Positions 27,636 through 37,482 of a stretch of DNA of 64,000 bases are shown here, one piece after another. The notes under the pieces were generated by a model. That model worked only from the letters and a program-made list of their open reading frames with translations, was not told where the DNA came from and did no database searches. Made by a program: the position numbers and the translations under genes. Source of the DNA: Candidatus Limnocylindria bacterium (lineage in GTDB: Bacteria > Chloroflexota > Limnocylindria > Limnocylindrales > CSP1-4); assembly GCA_046566045.1 (NCBI GenBank), contig JBKHXL010000063.1, positions 21,460 to 85,459 on the forward strand. Direction: 5' to 3'. Numbering within the stretch: the stretch's first letter is position 1; each line of letters begins with the position of its first letter.

Positions 27636-29039
27636 ATGACCGCCACCCGCGACATCGTCACCGACCAGCGCGACCAGTTCGCGTTCCACGACGACATCGT
27701 CTACCTCGCCGAGACCAAGCGCGGTCTCAGCCGCGAGACCGTGGAAGAGATCAGCCGCTTCAAGGAGGAGCCGGACTGGATGCTCCAGTTCCGGCTGCGC
27801 GCGTTCGAGCACTTCCAGAGCCGGCCGATGCCGACCTGGACCGACGGCCTGGATCGCATCGATTTCGACAAGATCGTCTACTACCGCAAGCCGTCGGAGC
27901 GCGAGGAGCGGTCGTGGGATGACGTGCCCGAGCAGATCAAGGCGACGTTCGAGAAGCTCGGCATCCCCGAGGCGGAGCGCAAGTTCCTGGCCGGCGTGGG
28001 CGCGCAGTACGACTCCGAGGTCGTCTATCACTCGGTCAAGGAGGAGCTGAGCAAGATCGGCGTGGTCTTCATGGGCACCGACCAGGCGCTCAAGGAGTAC
28101 CCGGAGATCTTCCGCACGTACTTCGGCACGATCGTCCCGCCGGAGGACAACAAGTTCGCCGCGCTCAACAGCGCCGTGTGGTCCGGCGGATCGTTCGTGT
28201 ACGTGCCCAAGGGTGTCGAGGTGCCGCTCCCGCTGCAGGCCTACTTCCGGATCAACGGCGAGAACACCGGCCAGTTCGAGCGCACGCTGATCGTCGTGGA
28301 CGAGGGCGCCAAGGTCCACTACATCGAGGGCTGCACGGCCCCGATCTACGCCACCGACAGCCTCCATGCCGCGGTCGTCGAGGTCGTCGCCCTGCCCGGC
28401 GCGAAGGTCCGCTACACGACCATCCAGAACTGGAGCAACGACGTCTACAACCTCGTGACCAAGCGCGCCCACGCGTACGAGGACAGCACCGTCGAGTGGA
28501 TCGACGCCAATACCGGCTCGCGCAAGACGGTCAAGTTCCCGGCCATCTACCTGCGCGGTGAAGGCGCCACGGCGGACATCATCAGCGTCGCGGTCGCGGG
28601 CAGGGGCCAGCACCAGGACACCGGCGCCAAGGCCATCCACCTCGCGCCGAACACCCGCTCGCGCATCGTCAGCAAGTCCGTCTCCAAGGACGGCGGGCGG
28701 GCGACCTACCGCGGGCAGCTGAAGGTCGCGCCGGGGGCCACGAACGTCGTCGCCAGCGTGCGCTGCGATGCGCTCATGCTCGACGACATCAGCCGCAGCG
28801 ACACCTACCCGTACATCGATATCCAGGAAGACGACACGACCATGTCGCACGAGGCGACGGTCGGCAAGGTGAGCGCCGATCAGGTCTTCTACCTGATGAG
28901 TCGAGGCCTGACCGAGAACGAGGCCACAAATCTCATCGTCCAGGGCTTCCTCGGGGTCTTCACCAAGGAACTGCCGATGGAATACGCCATCGAGTTCAAC
29001 CGGCTGGTGAAGATGGAGATGGAGGGGTCGCTCGGATGA
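27636..29039 (+). CDS. sufB: Fe-S cluster assembly protein SufB
   Basis: LAGVGAQYDSE, NSAVWSGGSF, GQFERTLI, YIEGCTAP, YTTIQNWS, SHEAT, EYAIEFN. Confidence 0.97.
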   Translation: MTATRDIVTDQRDQFAFHDDIVYLAETKRGLSRETVEEISRFKEEPDWMLQFRLRAFEHFQSRPMPTWTDGLDRIDFDKIVYYRKPSEREERSWDDVPEQIKATFEKLGIPEAERKFLAGVGAQYDSEVVYHSVKEELSKIGVVFMGTDQALKEYPEIFRTYFGTIVPPEDNKFAALNSAVWSGGSFVYVPKGVEVPLPLQAYFRINGENTGQFERTLIVVDEGAKVHYIEGCTAPIYATDSLHAAVVEVVALPGAKVRYTTIQNWSNDVYNLVTKRAHAYEDSTVEWIDANTGSRKTVKFPAIYLRGEGATADIISVAVAGRGQHQDTGAKAIHLAPNTRSRIVSKSVSKDGGRATYRGQLKVAPGATNVVASVRCDALMLDDISRSDTYPYIDIQEDDTTMSHEATVGKVSADQVFYLMSRGLTENEATNLIVQGFLGVFTKELPMEYAIEFNRLVKMEMEGSLG

Positions 29040-30391
29040 CGGCCCCGGCCGCACGACCGAGGCCCGCGCGGCGGGCCCTCGACGACCTGTCCCTGCCCGT
29101 CGACGCCGCCGCGGTCGAGGCGGCCGGCGCGGGCGATCCGGACTGGCTCCGGGACGACCGCCGCGCCGCCCTTGCCGCCTACGAGGCCCTTCCCGGCGAG
29201 TCCAACCAGCTGTACACCCCATACATCGACCTGCGCGCCGCGCAGCTGGCCGACGCCAGGTTCGTGGTCGCCGCCGGCGCCCCCGATGTCGCGGACCTGG
29301 AGGCCGGCGAGGACGCCCGCATCGAGACCGGCGACGACGGCACCGTCCGGGTCGCCCTGTCCGCCTCGGCGCGCGCCGCGGGCGTGACCGTCGCCCCGCT
29401 GCGGGCCTCGGTCGAGGGGCTGCGCGATCGGCTGGAGGGTGGTGCCGCGCTCGCCGCCGACGACAAGTGGGCGCAGCTGACCCGGGCGCTGTGGAGCCAC
29501 GGCGCCGTCGTGGACGTCCCCGCTGGGGTCCGCCTGGAGCGACCCATCGTGGTCCGCTGGTCGGTCGGCGGGAGTGGTCGCGCGCTCGTGACGCGCACGC
29601 TCATCCGCCTGGGCGCCGGAGCGCGGGCCCAGGTGGTCGAGGAGCTCGTCCCGACGGCGGACGGCGCCCCGGCCGCGCAGTCGTTCTTCGCCGGCACGAC
29701 CGAGCTCGTCCTCGACGCCGAGGCGATCCTGCGCATGGCCAGCCTCCAGGAGCTGCCCGCGCACGTGGTGGCCATCCAGCATCGTCACGCCGCGATCGGC
29801 GAGGCGGCCGCGGTCCAGTGGGCGCTCGCCCAGCTCGGCGGCCGGCTGGTGCGCAGCCGCGTGGACAATCGGCTGATCGGCGACCGGAGCTCCGTCGAGC
29901 AGGTCGAGATCGTGTTCGGCAGCGACGACCAGGTGTTCGACCTGACCTCGTACACCACCCACATCGGCCGGGACACCACCGGCGACCTCTTGTCGAAGGG
30001 CGCCCTGCTCGAGCGGGCCCGCGCCTCGTTCAAGGGCCTCATCACCATCGACAAGACCGCGGTCGGCACGGACAGCTTCCTTGGCGAGTTCGGGATGAAC
30101 CTCTCGAAGCAGGCCCGCTCGGTGGCCATCCCCAGCCTCGAGATCGACCAGCCGGACTGCCGCCGCGCGATGCACTCGTCGTCGGTCGGCCCGGTCGACG
30201 AGTCCCAGCTGTTCTACCTCGAATCGCGGGGCATCCCGGAGGACGAGGCCCGCAAGTTCATCGTCCTCGGATTCCTCGAGCCCGTCGTGGCCCGCGTCCC
30301 GCTGGCCTCCGCGCAGGACCACCTGCGCGAGCTGCTCGAGGCCAAGTGGACGGCCGGCACCGACGGCGTCAGCGGCGAGGCCGCGGCGTGA
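29036..30391 (+). CDS. sufD: Fe-S cluster assembly protein SufD
   Basis: SufBD beta-helix; IPSLEI, HSSSVG, LFYLESRGI.E.EARKFIVLGFL; ATGA overlap with sufB. Confidence 0.92.
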   Translation: MTAPAARPRPARRALDDLSLPVDAAAVEAAGAGDPDWLRDDRRAALAAYEALPGESNQLYTPYIDLRAAQLADARFVVAAGAPDVADLEAGEDARIETGDDGTVRVALSASARAAGVTVAPLRASVEGLRDRLEGGAALAADDKWAQLTRALWSHGAVVDVPAGVRLERPIVVRWSVGGSGRALVTRTLIRLGAGARAQVVEELVPTADGAPAAQSFFAGTTELVLDAEAILRMASLQELPAHVVAIQHRHAAIGEAAAVQWALAQLGGRLVRSRVDNRLIGDRSSVEQVEIVFGSDDQVFDLTSYTTHIGRDTTGDLLSKGALLERARASFKGLITIDKTAVGTDSFLGEFGMNLSKQARSVAIPSLEIDQPDCRRAMHSSSVGPVDESQLFYLESRGIPEDEARKFIVLGFLEPVVARVPLASAQDHLRELLEAKWTAGTDGVSGEAAA

Positions 30392-30428
30392 TCCCTCCAG
30401 AACCCCGGCCGCCCGCGGGCGCTCGCCC

Positions 30429-30764
30429 GTGAGGCGGATCGACCTGCTGGGCGTCGACGAGGTCGGCGACGGCGAGATGCGGATGGCCTGGGTGGACGGG
30501 ACCGATCAGGTCCTCGTCATCAACCAGGGCGGTGACTTCACGGCGGTCCAGGGCATCTGCTCGCATGAGTACTTCGAGCTGGACAAGGGCTTCCTGACCA
30601 ATGGGACGCTGACCTGCGCGCTGCACCTGTCGCGCTTCGACCTGTCCGACGGCGAACCGCTCGACCCGCCGGCCGAGGAGCCGCTGGCGGTCTATCCCGT
30701 GGTGGTGGAGGACGGCCGGGTGGTCATCGAGGTCCCCGACGGACCGCTCGACCTGAGCGAGTAG
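30429..30764 (+). CDS. Rieske [2Fe-2S] ferredoxin
   Basis: CSH...CALH (CxH-x17-CxxH), RFDLSDG.P..PPA. Confidence 0.92.
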   Translation: MRRIDLLGVDEVGDGEMRMAWVDGTDQVLVINQGGDFTAVQGICSHEYFELDKGFLTNGTLTCALHLSRFDLSDGEPLDPPAEEPLAVYPVVVEDGRVVIEVPDGPLDLSE

Positions 30765-30842
30765 CGCGGGCCCCACCGGTACCCGGCCCGTACGAACGTC
30801 CGATGGACCGGGCTGCGCATCGGCGGCTAGGGTCGCCGGACC

Positions 30843-31400
30843 ATGCAGGGCGTCGAGTTCCACGGCTTCGCGGGCGATTGCACGATCGCCGGGCGCATCA
30901 CCATGTTCGGCGAGCGCCTGACCGACTTCCTCAACGGCCAGGAGCGCTTCCGGCTGCACAAGGTCGAGTTCACCAGCCTCGACGACGGCCATGTCGTGCC
31001 GATGGACTCCATCTCGCTCGAGCGCGACGACCTGCTGTGCGTCGTGGGGACCGGGCCGCGCGGTTCGGAGAAGCAGCGCGTGCGCCTCGAGGAGACGCGC
31101 ATGCAGCTGTCGATCGGGCCGTACATCATCCTCGGCCGGCTGCACTCGCGCTCAGGGCAGGACCCGATGAAGAGCGTGTTCCAGCGTGAGCCGATGATCC
31201 CGCTCACCAACGCCACGATCGCCTGGACGCAGGCTGGGCAGACGACGGTCCGCGATCTGCCGACGCTCATCGTCAACCGCCTCCAGGTCGAGTGGATCTC
31301 GGCGACCGACGAGGAGGCCGAGGCCTTCCCGGATGTCCCGGTCCGCTCGCCGTTCTCGGTGCGCCTGGCCAGGGACGGGGGACGGGTCGCGCCCATCTGA
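30843..31400 (+). CDS. Hypothetical protein with two tandem beta-rich domains
   Basis: 185 aa with strong GC3 bias; two similar halves; no recognised motif. Confidence 0.7.
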   Translation: MQGVEFHGFAGDCTIAGRITMFGERLTDFLNGQERFRLHKVEFTSLDDGHVVPMDSISLERDDLLCVVGTGPRGSEKQRVRLEETRMQLSIGPYIILGRLHSRSGQDPMKSVFQREPMIPLTNATIAWTQAGQTTVRDLPTLIVNRLQVEWISATDEEAEAFPDVPVRSPFSVRLARDGGRVAPI

Positions 31401-31438
31401 GGTCCGGGGGCCCGCTCGTGGGCCCGGCCGTCCGCCGG

Positions 31439-32626
31439 TCAGGTCGGCGACGCACCACCGCCAAGGCGCAGGTTGGCGGCGCGTACCCGCTCGTGGGAGA
31501 GCGAGAAGCGCCCCTCCTCGGGACTCGCCGGGGCGCCGGCCAGGCGCGATACCAGGTGGCTGCCGATGACCGGGCCGTGCTTGAACCCATGGCCCGATCC
31601 GCCGCCGGCGATCCACACGTTGTCGTGGTCGGGGTGGCGGTCGAGGATGAAGTGGGTGTCGGCGGTCTCCTCGTACTGGCACACGCGCGTCTCGACGACC
31701 GGCGCGGTCGCGAGATCGGGGAAGCGGCGGGCGGCATAGGCCCGGACGAGCCGGACCGATTCGGGATCCACCAGCCGGTCGCCGTCGGACGGATCGAACG
31801 GGGGCCCGGCCCGATCGGGCGCGATCTTCATCCCGCGCCCGTCCACGGCGGGCAACCCGTACGCGTCGAGGTCCGAATCCACCCAGCATGGGAGCCACTC
31901 GGCGTTGAACCGGCCGTCCCCGGCGGCCGGTCCGAGGAACAGCACGTCCTGTTTGGTCACGCTGATCCTGCCGCCGAGGAGGTCGGGGAAGAGCTGCGGC
32001 AGCCACGGGCCCGCGGCGAACACGAACGTGCCCGCGGCGTGGCGCGTCCCGTCCGTGGCGACGACGTCGAGCAGGCGCCGCCCGTCGGCCCGGCCCGGCC
32101 GAACGCCGGCCAGCTCGAAGCGACCGCCGGCCGCGGCGAAGGCACGGGCGACGGCCGCGATCCCGCGCCGGGCGAACAGCAGGCCCGCCTCCGGCTCGAA
32201 CGCCACGAAGGCGAGGTCGTCGGTCCGCAGCCCGGGCCAGCGCCGGGCGGCGACGTCGGCCGCGATGCGCTCGATCGGGACGCCGAGCGAGGTCAGGCTC
32301 GCGATCGAGTGGGCCTCGAAGCCGTCCTCGCGGTGGGCGAACCAGGCCATCCCGCACTCGACGTAGAGCCGCTCGCCGACCTCCTCGCCGAACTCGATCC
32401 AGGCCTGGCGCGCCTCGCGCGCCCAGCCGACGTAGAAGGTGTCCGCGCCGTGCGCTGCGCGGCAGATCCGGGTCTCGTCGCCGGACGTCGCGCGCGGATG
32501 ACCGGCCCCGAACGCATCGATGAGGAGCGTGGACCAGCCGGCCCGCCGCGCACGCAGCGCCGTCCAGGCGCCCATCGTGCCGGCGCCGATGACGGCCAGA
32601 TCGGGCAGGGGGGCCGAGGCGGTCAC
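31439..32626 (-). CDS. Monomeric sarcosine/pipecolate oxidase (SolA/MSOX)-like FAD amine oxidase
   Basis: VIGAGTMG, ATSGDETRI, VCQY (covalent-FAD Cys position), GGGSGHGFK; GTG overlaps the acylase stop. Confidence 0.88.
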   Translation of the reverse strand: MTASAPLPDLAVIGAGTMGAWTALRARRAGWSTLLIDAFGAGHPRATSGDETRICRAAHGADTFYVGWAREARQAWIEFGEEVGERLYVECGMAWFAHREDGFEAHSIASLTSLGVPIERIAADVAARRWPGLRTDDLAFVAFEPEAGLLFARRGIAAVARAFAAAGGRFELAGVRPGRADGRRLLDVVATDGTRHAAGTFVFAAGPWLPQLFPDLLGGRISVTKQDVLFLGPAAGDGRFNAEWLPCWVDSDLDAYGLPAVDGRGMKIAPDRAGPPFDPSDGDRLVDPESVRLVRAYAARRFPDLATAPVVETRVCQYEETADTHFILDRHPDHDNVWIAGGGSGHGFKHGPVIGSHLVSRLAGAPASPEEGRFSLSHERVRAANLRLGGGASPT

Positions 32627-35205
32627 GGGGTCAGCCTGAGGGTGGACACGGCCGCCCGCTCGATGGCCTCCGGCGTGAAGGCGAGCGGGACGGTCTCGCC
32701 CGTCGCCCAGCGCTCGATCATGTCGCCATGGTGCCGGTCGAACGGGTTGCCCGACTGGCCGGTCGTGATGATGAGCCGGGCGCCGTCGAGGTCGGACAGG
32801 TCCATGACCAGGCGGTACGACGGCAGGTTCGTGACCGTGAACAGCTCGGTCGTGTCGAGCGGCTCGAAGGTGGGATCGGTCGGGTCGGGGTAGCCGCGGC
32901 TGAAGCGGTAGTAGGTGTTGTTGATCGCCCCGGCGACGCCGTCCACGGCGATCGTCGGCGGGTTGGCGTACCACTCGAGCGGGCCGATCCCGCTCGACCC
33001 GATGGTGCTCTCCCGGAACGTGGCCGTGTGCAGCCGTCCCCACGTCCAGTCCGAGGGATCGCCGAGGTCCGCGCGCAGCTCGGCCGCGGCCTCGTCCATC
33101 GCCCGCGCGATCAGGTCGGCCCCGGTCTCGACCGCGTCCGGCGTGGTGACATCGTCCCACCACGGGTCGTCCGGCTCGGTGACCAGCCGCCCGAGCACGA
33201 CCCACGAGAGCGGGCTGCCGACGTACTCGCGGGCCAGCGGTCCGAGCTCGTCGTCGAAGATCGCGCGCAGCACCCGGTACTCCCAGACCATGTACGCGGC
33301 GCAGCCGGTGCTGACCGTGTCGCACACGCCGTCCCAGTCCGCGATGCGCGCGGCGAGCAGGCGCCCGTCGGCGGTCGTCGGGGCCGCGCCCGACAGCCAC
33401 CCGACCACGTCGCGGGCACGCAGGGGCGCGGTGTCGTACTGGATGATCGACAGCTCGTCGACCGTCAGACCGTCCTGGCCGTAGCCGTCGATCAGCTCGA
33501 TGATCCGCTCGGCGCGGTAGCCCGGATCGGGCTCGCTGGCGAGGTACGGACCGTAGGCGTCGTCGACCAGGGCGTTGTTGGCCGACACGATCCAGCCGAT
33601 GTCCGGATCGAGCTGCCACGGCAGGTCCTCGTAGGCGATGCGACCGACCCACTCGCCCCGGCCGTCGTCGCCGCGCACGGGACGCAGGCCGCGATCGCGC
33701 GGATCGGAGCGGATCGGGATGTAGCCCGGGAGCTGGTAGCCGATCCGACCGTCGACGTCGGCGTACACGAAGTTCTGAGACGGGGCGCCGTACAGCGCGA
33801 GGCTGGCCCGGAAGTCGTCGAAGTCGTGCGCCGTGTTCAGGCCGAGGATGGCCTCGAAGGTGCGGTCGGGCGCCGCCGCCGGGTGCGTCCCGGACCAGCG
33901 CAGCGCCAGTGGCGGCGCGTCCACGAGGCGCTCGTCCACGTCGTTGAGGATCGGGCCGTGGACCGTCTCGCGGACCTCCAGCGTGACCGGCTCGCCGCCC
34001 GCGACGAGGATCCGCTCCGTCCGCACGACGTATGGCAGCGCCGTCCCGTCGGGGCCGATGTAGCGGCCTGGGTCGGCCGGATCGGGCGTCTCGATGACCA
34101 GGTCCTGGACGTCGGGGTCGGCGTTGGTGGCGCCCCACGCGATGCGCGCGTTGTGCCCGAGCACGACGCCGGGCACGCCCGGGAAGCTGACGCCGGCGAC
34201 GTCGTAGGGGCAGGCGGCGTCCACGGTCGTGCAGTGCAGCCCGTTGACGAACCAGATCGACGGCATCGAGATGCCGAGGTGCGGGTCGTTGGCCAGCAGC
34301 GCCCCGCCGGTCAGCGATCGTCCGGGACCGACCACCCAGCCGTTCGAGCCGATGCCGCCGTCGGACGCCAGGCCGTCCGCGAGGTCCAGGCCGGCCAGCT
34401 CGAGCGCGCGGCCGGACAGGCGGGCCACGTCGCGCCAGGCGGTCGCCTCGGCCGCGGTCAGGGCCGGGACCGCGGTGCTCGGGCCGGCGCCGTCGCTCGA
34501 CGCGTCGCCGGTCCGATCGTCGGCCTGGGCGTCGCCGGGCGTGATGACCGGCGCGCCGTCGCGGTACGGCGGGAACAGCTGGTCGGTCCGGGCCGGGTCC
34601 GCGAGCCGGGCATCGGCCAGCATCCGGAACACCTCGGACTCCATGTTGCCGCCGAGGTTCCAGGCCTGGACCTTGCCCCAGGTCAGGGTGTCGAGCACGG
34701 TCCACGGCTCGGGCTCGACGCCGATGACGAGGTAGGCCAGACCCAGCTGATCGCGGTTCGCGTCGAGCCAGGCGTTGACGCCCGCCGCGTAGGCGTCCAG
34801 GGCCGCGCGGGCGTCCGGGCCGATGGACGCCAGGTCGCGCTCGGCCGCCCGCCGCCAGCCGAGGGTCCGGATGAACCGGTCGGTATCCAGCTGGTCCGGC
34901 CCGAACAGCTCGGCCAGCCGGCCCGCCCCGATGTGGCGCCAGACCTCCATCTGCCACATCCGCTCCTGGGCGTGGACGTAGCCCTGGGCGAGGAACAGGT
35001 CGTGGGGGGTCCCCGCCGCGATGTGGGCGATGCCGTCGATGTCGCGGTGGACGGTCACCTCGCCCTGGAGGCCGGCGATGCGGATCGTCCCGCTGACCTG
35101 CGGCAGGGCCCGGCCGGTGACGTAGGCCAGGGCGCCCAGGCCGGCGACGAGGACGACGAGCACGCCGATCAGGCCGACCGCCACCGCCCTCCGCAGGATG
35201 CGCAC
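32623..35205 (-). CDS. Penicillin/AHL acylase-family Ntn-hydrolase, N-terminally membrane anchored
   Basis: AQGYVHAQERMWQM, GIGSNGWVV (N-terminal nucleophile Ser), LLANDPHL, QNFVYAD, GQSGNPF; SD AAGGAG. Confidence 0.93.
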   Translation of the reverse strand: MRILRRAVAVGLIGVLVVLVAGLGALAYVTGRALPQVSGTIRIAGLQGEVTVHRDIDGIAHIAAGTPHDLFLAQGYVHAQERMWQMEVWRHIGAGRLAELFGPDQLDTDRFIRTLGWRRAAERDLASIGPDARAALDAYAAGVNAWLDANRDQLGLAYLVIGVEPEPWTVLDTLTWGKVQAWNLGGNMESEVFRMLADARLADPARTDQLFPPYRDGAPVITPGDAQADDRTGDASSDGAGPSTAVPALTAAEATAWRDVARLSGRALELAGLDLADGLASDGGIGSNGWVVGPGRSLTGGALLANDPHLGISMPSIWFVNGLHCTTVDAACPYDVAGVSFPGVPGVVLGHNARIAWGATNADPDVQDLVIETPDPADPGRYIGPDGTALPYVVRTERILVAGGEPVTLEVRETVHGPILNDVDERLVDAPPLALRWSGTHPAAAPDRTFEAILGLNTAHDFDDFRASLALYGAPSQNFVYADVDGRIGYQLPGYIPIRSDPRDRGLRPVRGDDGRGEWVGRIAYEDLPWQLDPDIGWIVSANNALVDDAYGPYLASEPDPGYRAERIIELIDGYGQDGLTVDELSIIQYDTAPLRARDVVGWLSGAAPTTADGRLLAARIADWDGVCDTVSTGCAAYMVWEYRVLRAIFDDELGPLAREYVGSPLSWVVLGRLVTEPDDPWWDDVTTPDAVETGADLIARAMDEAAAELRADLGDPSDWTWGRLHTATFRESTIGSSGIGPLEWYANPPTIAVDGVAGAINNTYYRFSRGYPDPTDPTFEPLDTTELFTVTNLPSYRLVMDLSDLDGARLIITTGQSGNPFDRHHGDMIERWATGETVPLAFTPEAIERAAVSTLRLTP

Positions 35206-35267
35206 CCCGACTCCTTCCGTGTTGCCCGCGACAGTGTGCCGTCCGGCGCGTCCCGCCGCCAGCCGAC

Positions 35268-36254
35268 TCAGCCGGGCAGGATCGTGCCCAGCCCGGCGCC
35301 CCGGGCTCGCTCGACGATAGCGGCCGCGAAGACGACGTCGGCCAGGCCGACGCCCAGGTGGGTGGCGACCACGCGACCGGAGGCCGGCCGGCGGGTCCCG
35401 GCCAGGATCGCCTCGCCGAAGGTGGCGTGCGGCTCCGGGTAGCCATCGAACTGCCCCGCGTCGCGGTTGGCCAGGAACTGGCCGCGCTCGTCCACCAGGA
35501 ACAGGGCCGCACCGGTCGCGACCTCGGCGGCGCACATCGTCGCGTAGTCCACCGGGACCACCAGGGCGTCATCCCGCAGCCAGTCGTCCGTCATCGCCTG
35601 GCGCTGCGCGGGATCGGTGAACGAGACGGCGCTGATGACCGTGGTCGCACCGCTCGCGGCGTCTCGAGCGGCGCCCATGACGTGCGCGGCCGCGATCCCG
35701 GCCGTCGCCAGCGCGGTCTCGGCCAGGCGCTCGGCGCGCTCGGGATGGCGATCGTGGATGAGGACCGTGGCGCCCGGCAGGACGTGCCCGATGACGGCCA
35801 GGTGGCTGCGGCCCTGGACCCCGGCCCCGATGATCGCCACGGTCCGGTCGTCGGTCGCGGCGAAGCGGCGCAGCGCGACGCCGGAGACCGCCGCGGTCCG
35901 CTCGGCGGTGATCGGCCCGCCGTCGAGGATGGCGTGCGGACGCCCCGTCGCCGGGTCGCTCAACACCACGACCGCCGCGATGGCCGGCAGGCCCTGCGCA
36001 CGATTGCCCGGGAAGCCGGTCACCCACTTGATGCCGAGCAGGTCGTCGGCTTCGCCGTCGCGCGGCCGGAGCGAGGCGGGCATGGCATGGGCGAACGAGC
36101 CCGCCGGTCGCGGGTGCACGCCGATCTTGGGCGGCAGCTCGGCGTCCGCGACGAGGGCCACCATCGTCCGCTCGGCAAGGTCGACCCGGGCCTCGACCGG
36201 GGGCATCGCGGCCTCCACGTCGGCGGCCGACAGGTACACGGGATGCCGATCCAT
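35268..36254 (-). CDS. Ornithine cyclodeaminase/mu-crystallin family imine reductase
   Basis: HAMPA, GIKWV..FPGN, ITAERTAAVS, IIGAGVQGRSH, GVGLAD; leaderless TAGACT-6nt-ATG. Confidence 0.9.
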   Translation of the reverse strand: MDRHPVYLSAADVEAAMPPVEARVDLAERTMVALVADAELPPKIGVHPRPAGSFAHAMPASLRPRDGEADDLLGIKWVTGFPGNRAQGLPAIAAVVVLSDPATGRPHAILDGGPITAERTAAVSGVALRRFAATDDRTVAIIGAGVQGRSHLAVIGHVLPGATVLIHDRHPERAERLAETALATAGIAAAHVMGAARDAASGATTVISAVSFTDPAQRQAMTDDWLRDDALVVPVDYATMCAAEVATGAALFLVDERGQFLANRDAGQFDGYPEPHATFGEAILAGTRRPASGRVVATHLGVGLADVVFAAAIVERARGAGLGTILPG

Positions 36255-36290
36255 CCGCAGAGTCTAGATGCCCGCTACGATGGGATCGTG
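36252..36290. promoter_or_regulatory. Second back-to-back leaderless promoter pair
   Basis: Minus strand TAGACT (36261-36266)-6nt-ATG; plus strand TACGAT (36276-36281)-6nt-GTG. Confidence 0.6.
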
Positions 36291-37472
36291 GCACCCATCG
36301 ACGCGGCGACGAGCCTCGAGAACCTGAAGCTCGAGCGGGACGCCATCGTCCTGTACGACGCCCTCACCGCCACCGAGCGCGACCCGGTCCGTTCGGCGGC
36401 GTTCGCGCGGATCGCGGCCAACGAGCGCCGCCACGCCGACGTGTGGGCGGCCAAGCTGCGTGCGCTCGGGGTGGACGTGCCGGACCCGACGCCGCCGCGC
36501 ATGCGCGTGCGCTTCATCATCGGTGTCGCGCGCCTGTTCGGGACGCGCGCCGTGGCCGACCTGGTCAAGGCGCTCGAGGGCGACGAGGAGGCCACCTACG
36601 AGGCGCAGGCGGGCCACCCCGATGTCGCGGCGATCGCCGCCGACGAGCGCGAGCACGCCGAGATCTGGGACCGCCTCGAAGCCGGTCGGCGCGTGCGCGA
36701 GACAGCCGGCGCGGAGCGGGACGGCAGGGCCGAGGCGGAGTCCGCCGCGTCCGCTGCCGAGATCGGCGAACGGGAGGTGTGGCACCGCCGGAGCGGCCGA
36801 TCGGGCACGCTCCGGGCGGTCATCTTCGGGGTCAGCGACGGCCTGGTCAGCAACCTGTCGCTGGTCATGGGCGTGGCCGGCGCGGCGGCGAGCAACCCGT
36901 CGTTCATCCTCCTGGCCGGCATCGCGGGCCTGCTGGCCGGGGCGTTCAGCATGGCCGCCGGGGAATACATCAGCATGCAGAGCCAGAAGGAGCTGTTCGA
37001 GCGCCAGATCGCGCTCGAGCGGGCCGAGATGGAGGCCATGCCCGAGGAGGAAGAGGCCGAGCTGGCGGCCTCGTACCGGGCCAGGGGCTTCACGCGCGAC
37101 GAGGCGGCGACGATCGCCCGTCGCATCTTCCAGGACCCGGAGGCGGCCCTTGACATGCTCGTGCGCGAGGAGCTCGGCCTCGACCCACGGGAGCTGGGCT
37201 CGCCGTGGGGCGCGGCCTTCGGGTCGTTCGTCGCGTTCGCGGCCGGCGCGGCCGTCCCGGTCATCCCGTTCCTGTTCGGCGGGAGCTTCACCGTCGTCCT
37301 CATCAGCCTCGTGCTGAGCCTCGCGGCCCTGTTCGTGGTCGGTGCCGGCGTCAGCCTGCTCACCGGCCGCAGCCTGCTGTTCTCCGGCACGCGCCAGCTG
37401 CTCATCGGGCTCGGGGCGTCGATCGTGACGTACGTGATCGGCTCGATCATCGGCGTGGCCACCGTCCGATGA
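36288..37472 (+). CDS. Ferritin/rubrerythrin-like + VIT1/CCC1 iron exporter (MbfA-like)
   Basis: ERRH and EREH di-iron motifs; LRAVIFGVSDGLVSN, GAFSMAAGEYIS. Confidence 0.9.
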   Translation: MAPIDAATSLENLKLERDAIVLYDALTATERDPVRSAAFARIAANERRHADVWAAKLRALGVDVPDPTPPRMRVRFIIGVARLFGTRAVADLVKALEGDEEATYEAQAGHPDVAAIAADEREHAEIWDRLEAGRRVRETAGAERDGRAEAESAASAAEIGEREVWHRRSGRSGTLRAVIFGVSDGLVSNLSLVMGVAGAAASNPSFILLAGIAGLLAGAFSMAAGEYISMQSQKELFERQIALERAEMEAMPEEEEAELAASYRARGFTRDEAATIARRIFQDPEAALDMLVREELGLDPRELGSPWGAAFGSFVAFAAGAAVPVIPFLFGGSFTVVLISLVLSLAALFVVGAGVSLLTGRSLLFSGTRQLLIGLGASIVTYVIGSIIGVATVR

Positions 37473-37482
37473 GGCCGGGTCG

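Noticed and set aside
32627-35572. N-terminal extension making a 1377-aa oxidase
   Set aside because: Off-frame over the acylase; the real oxidase starts at GTG 32626.
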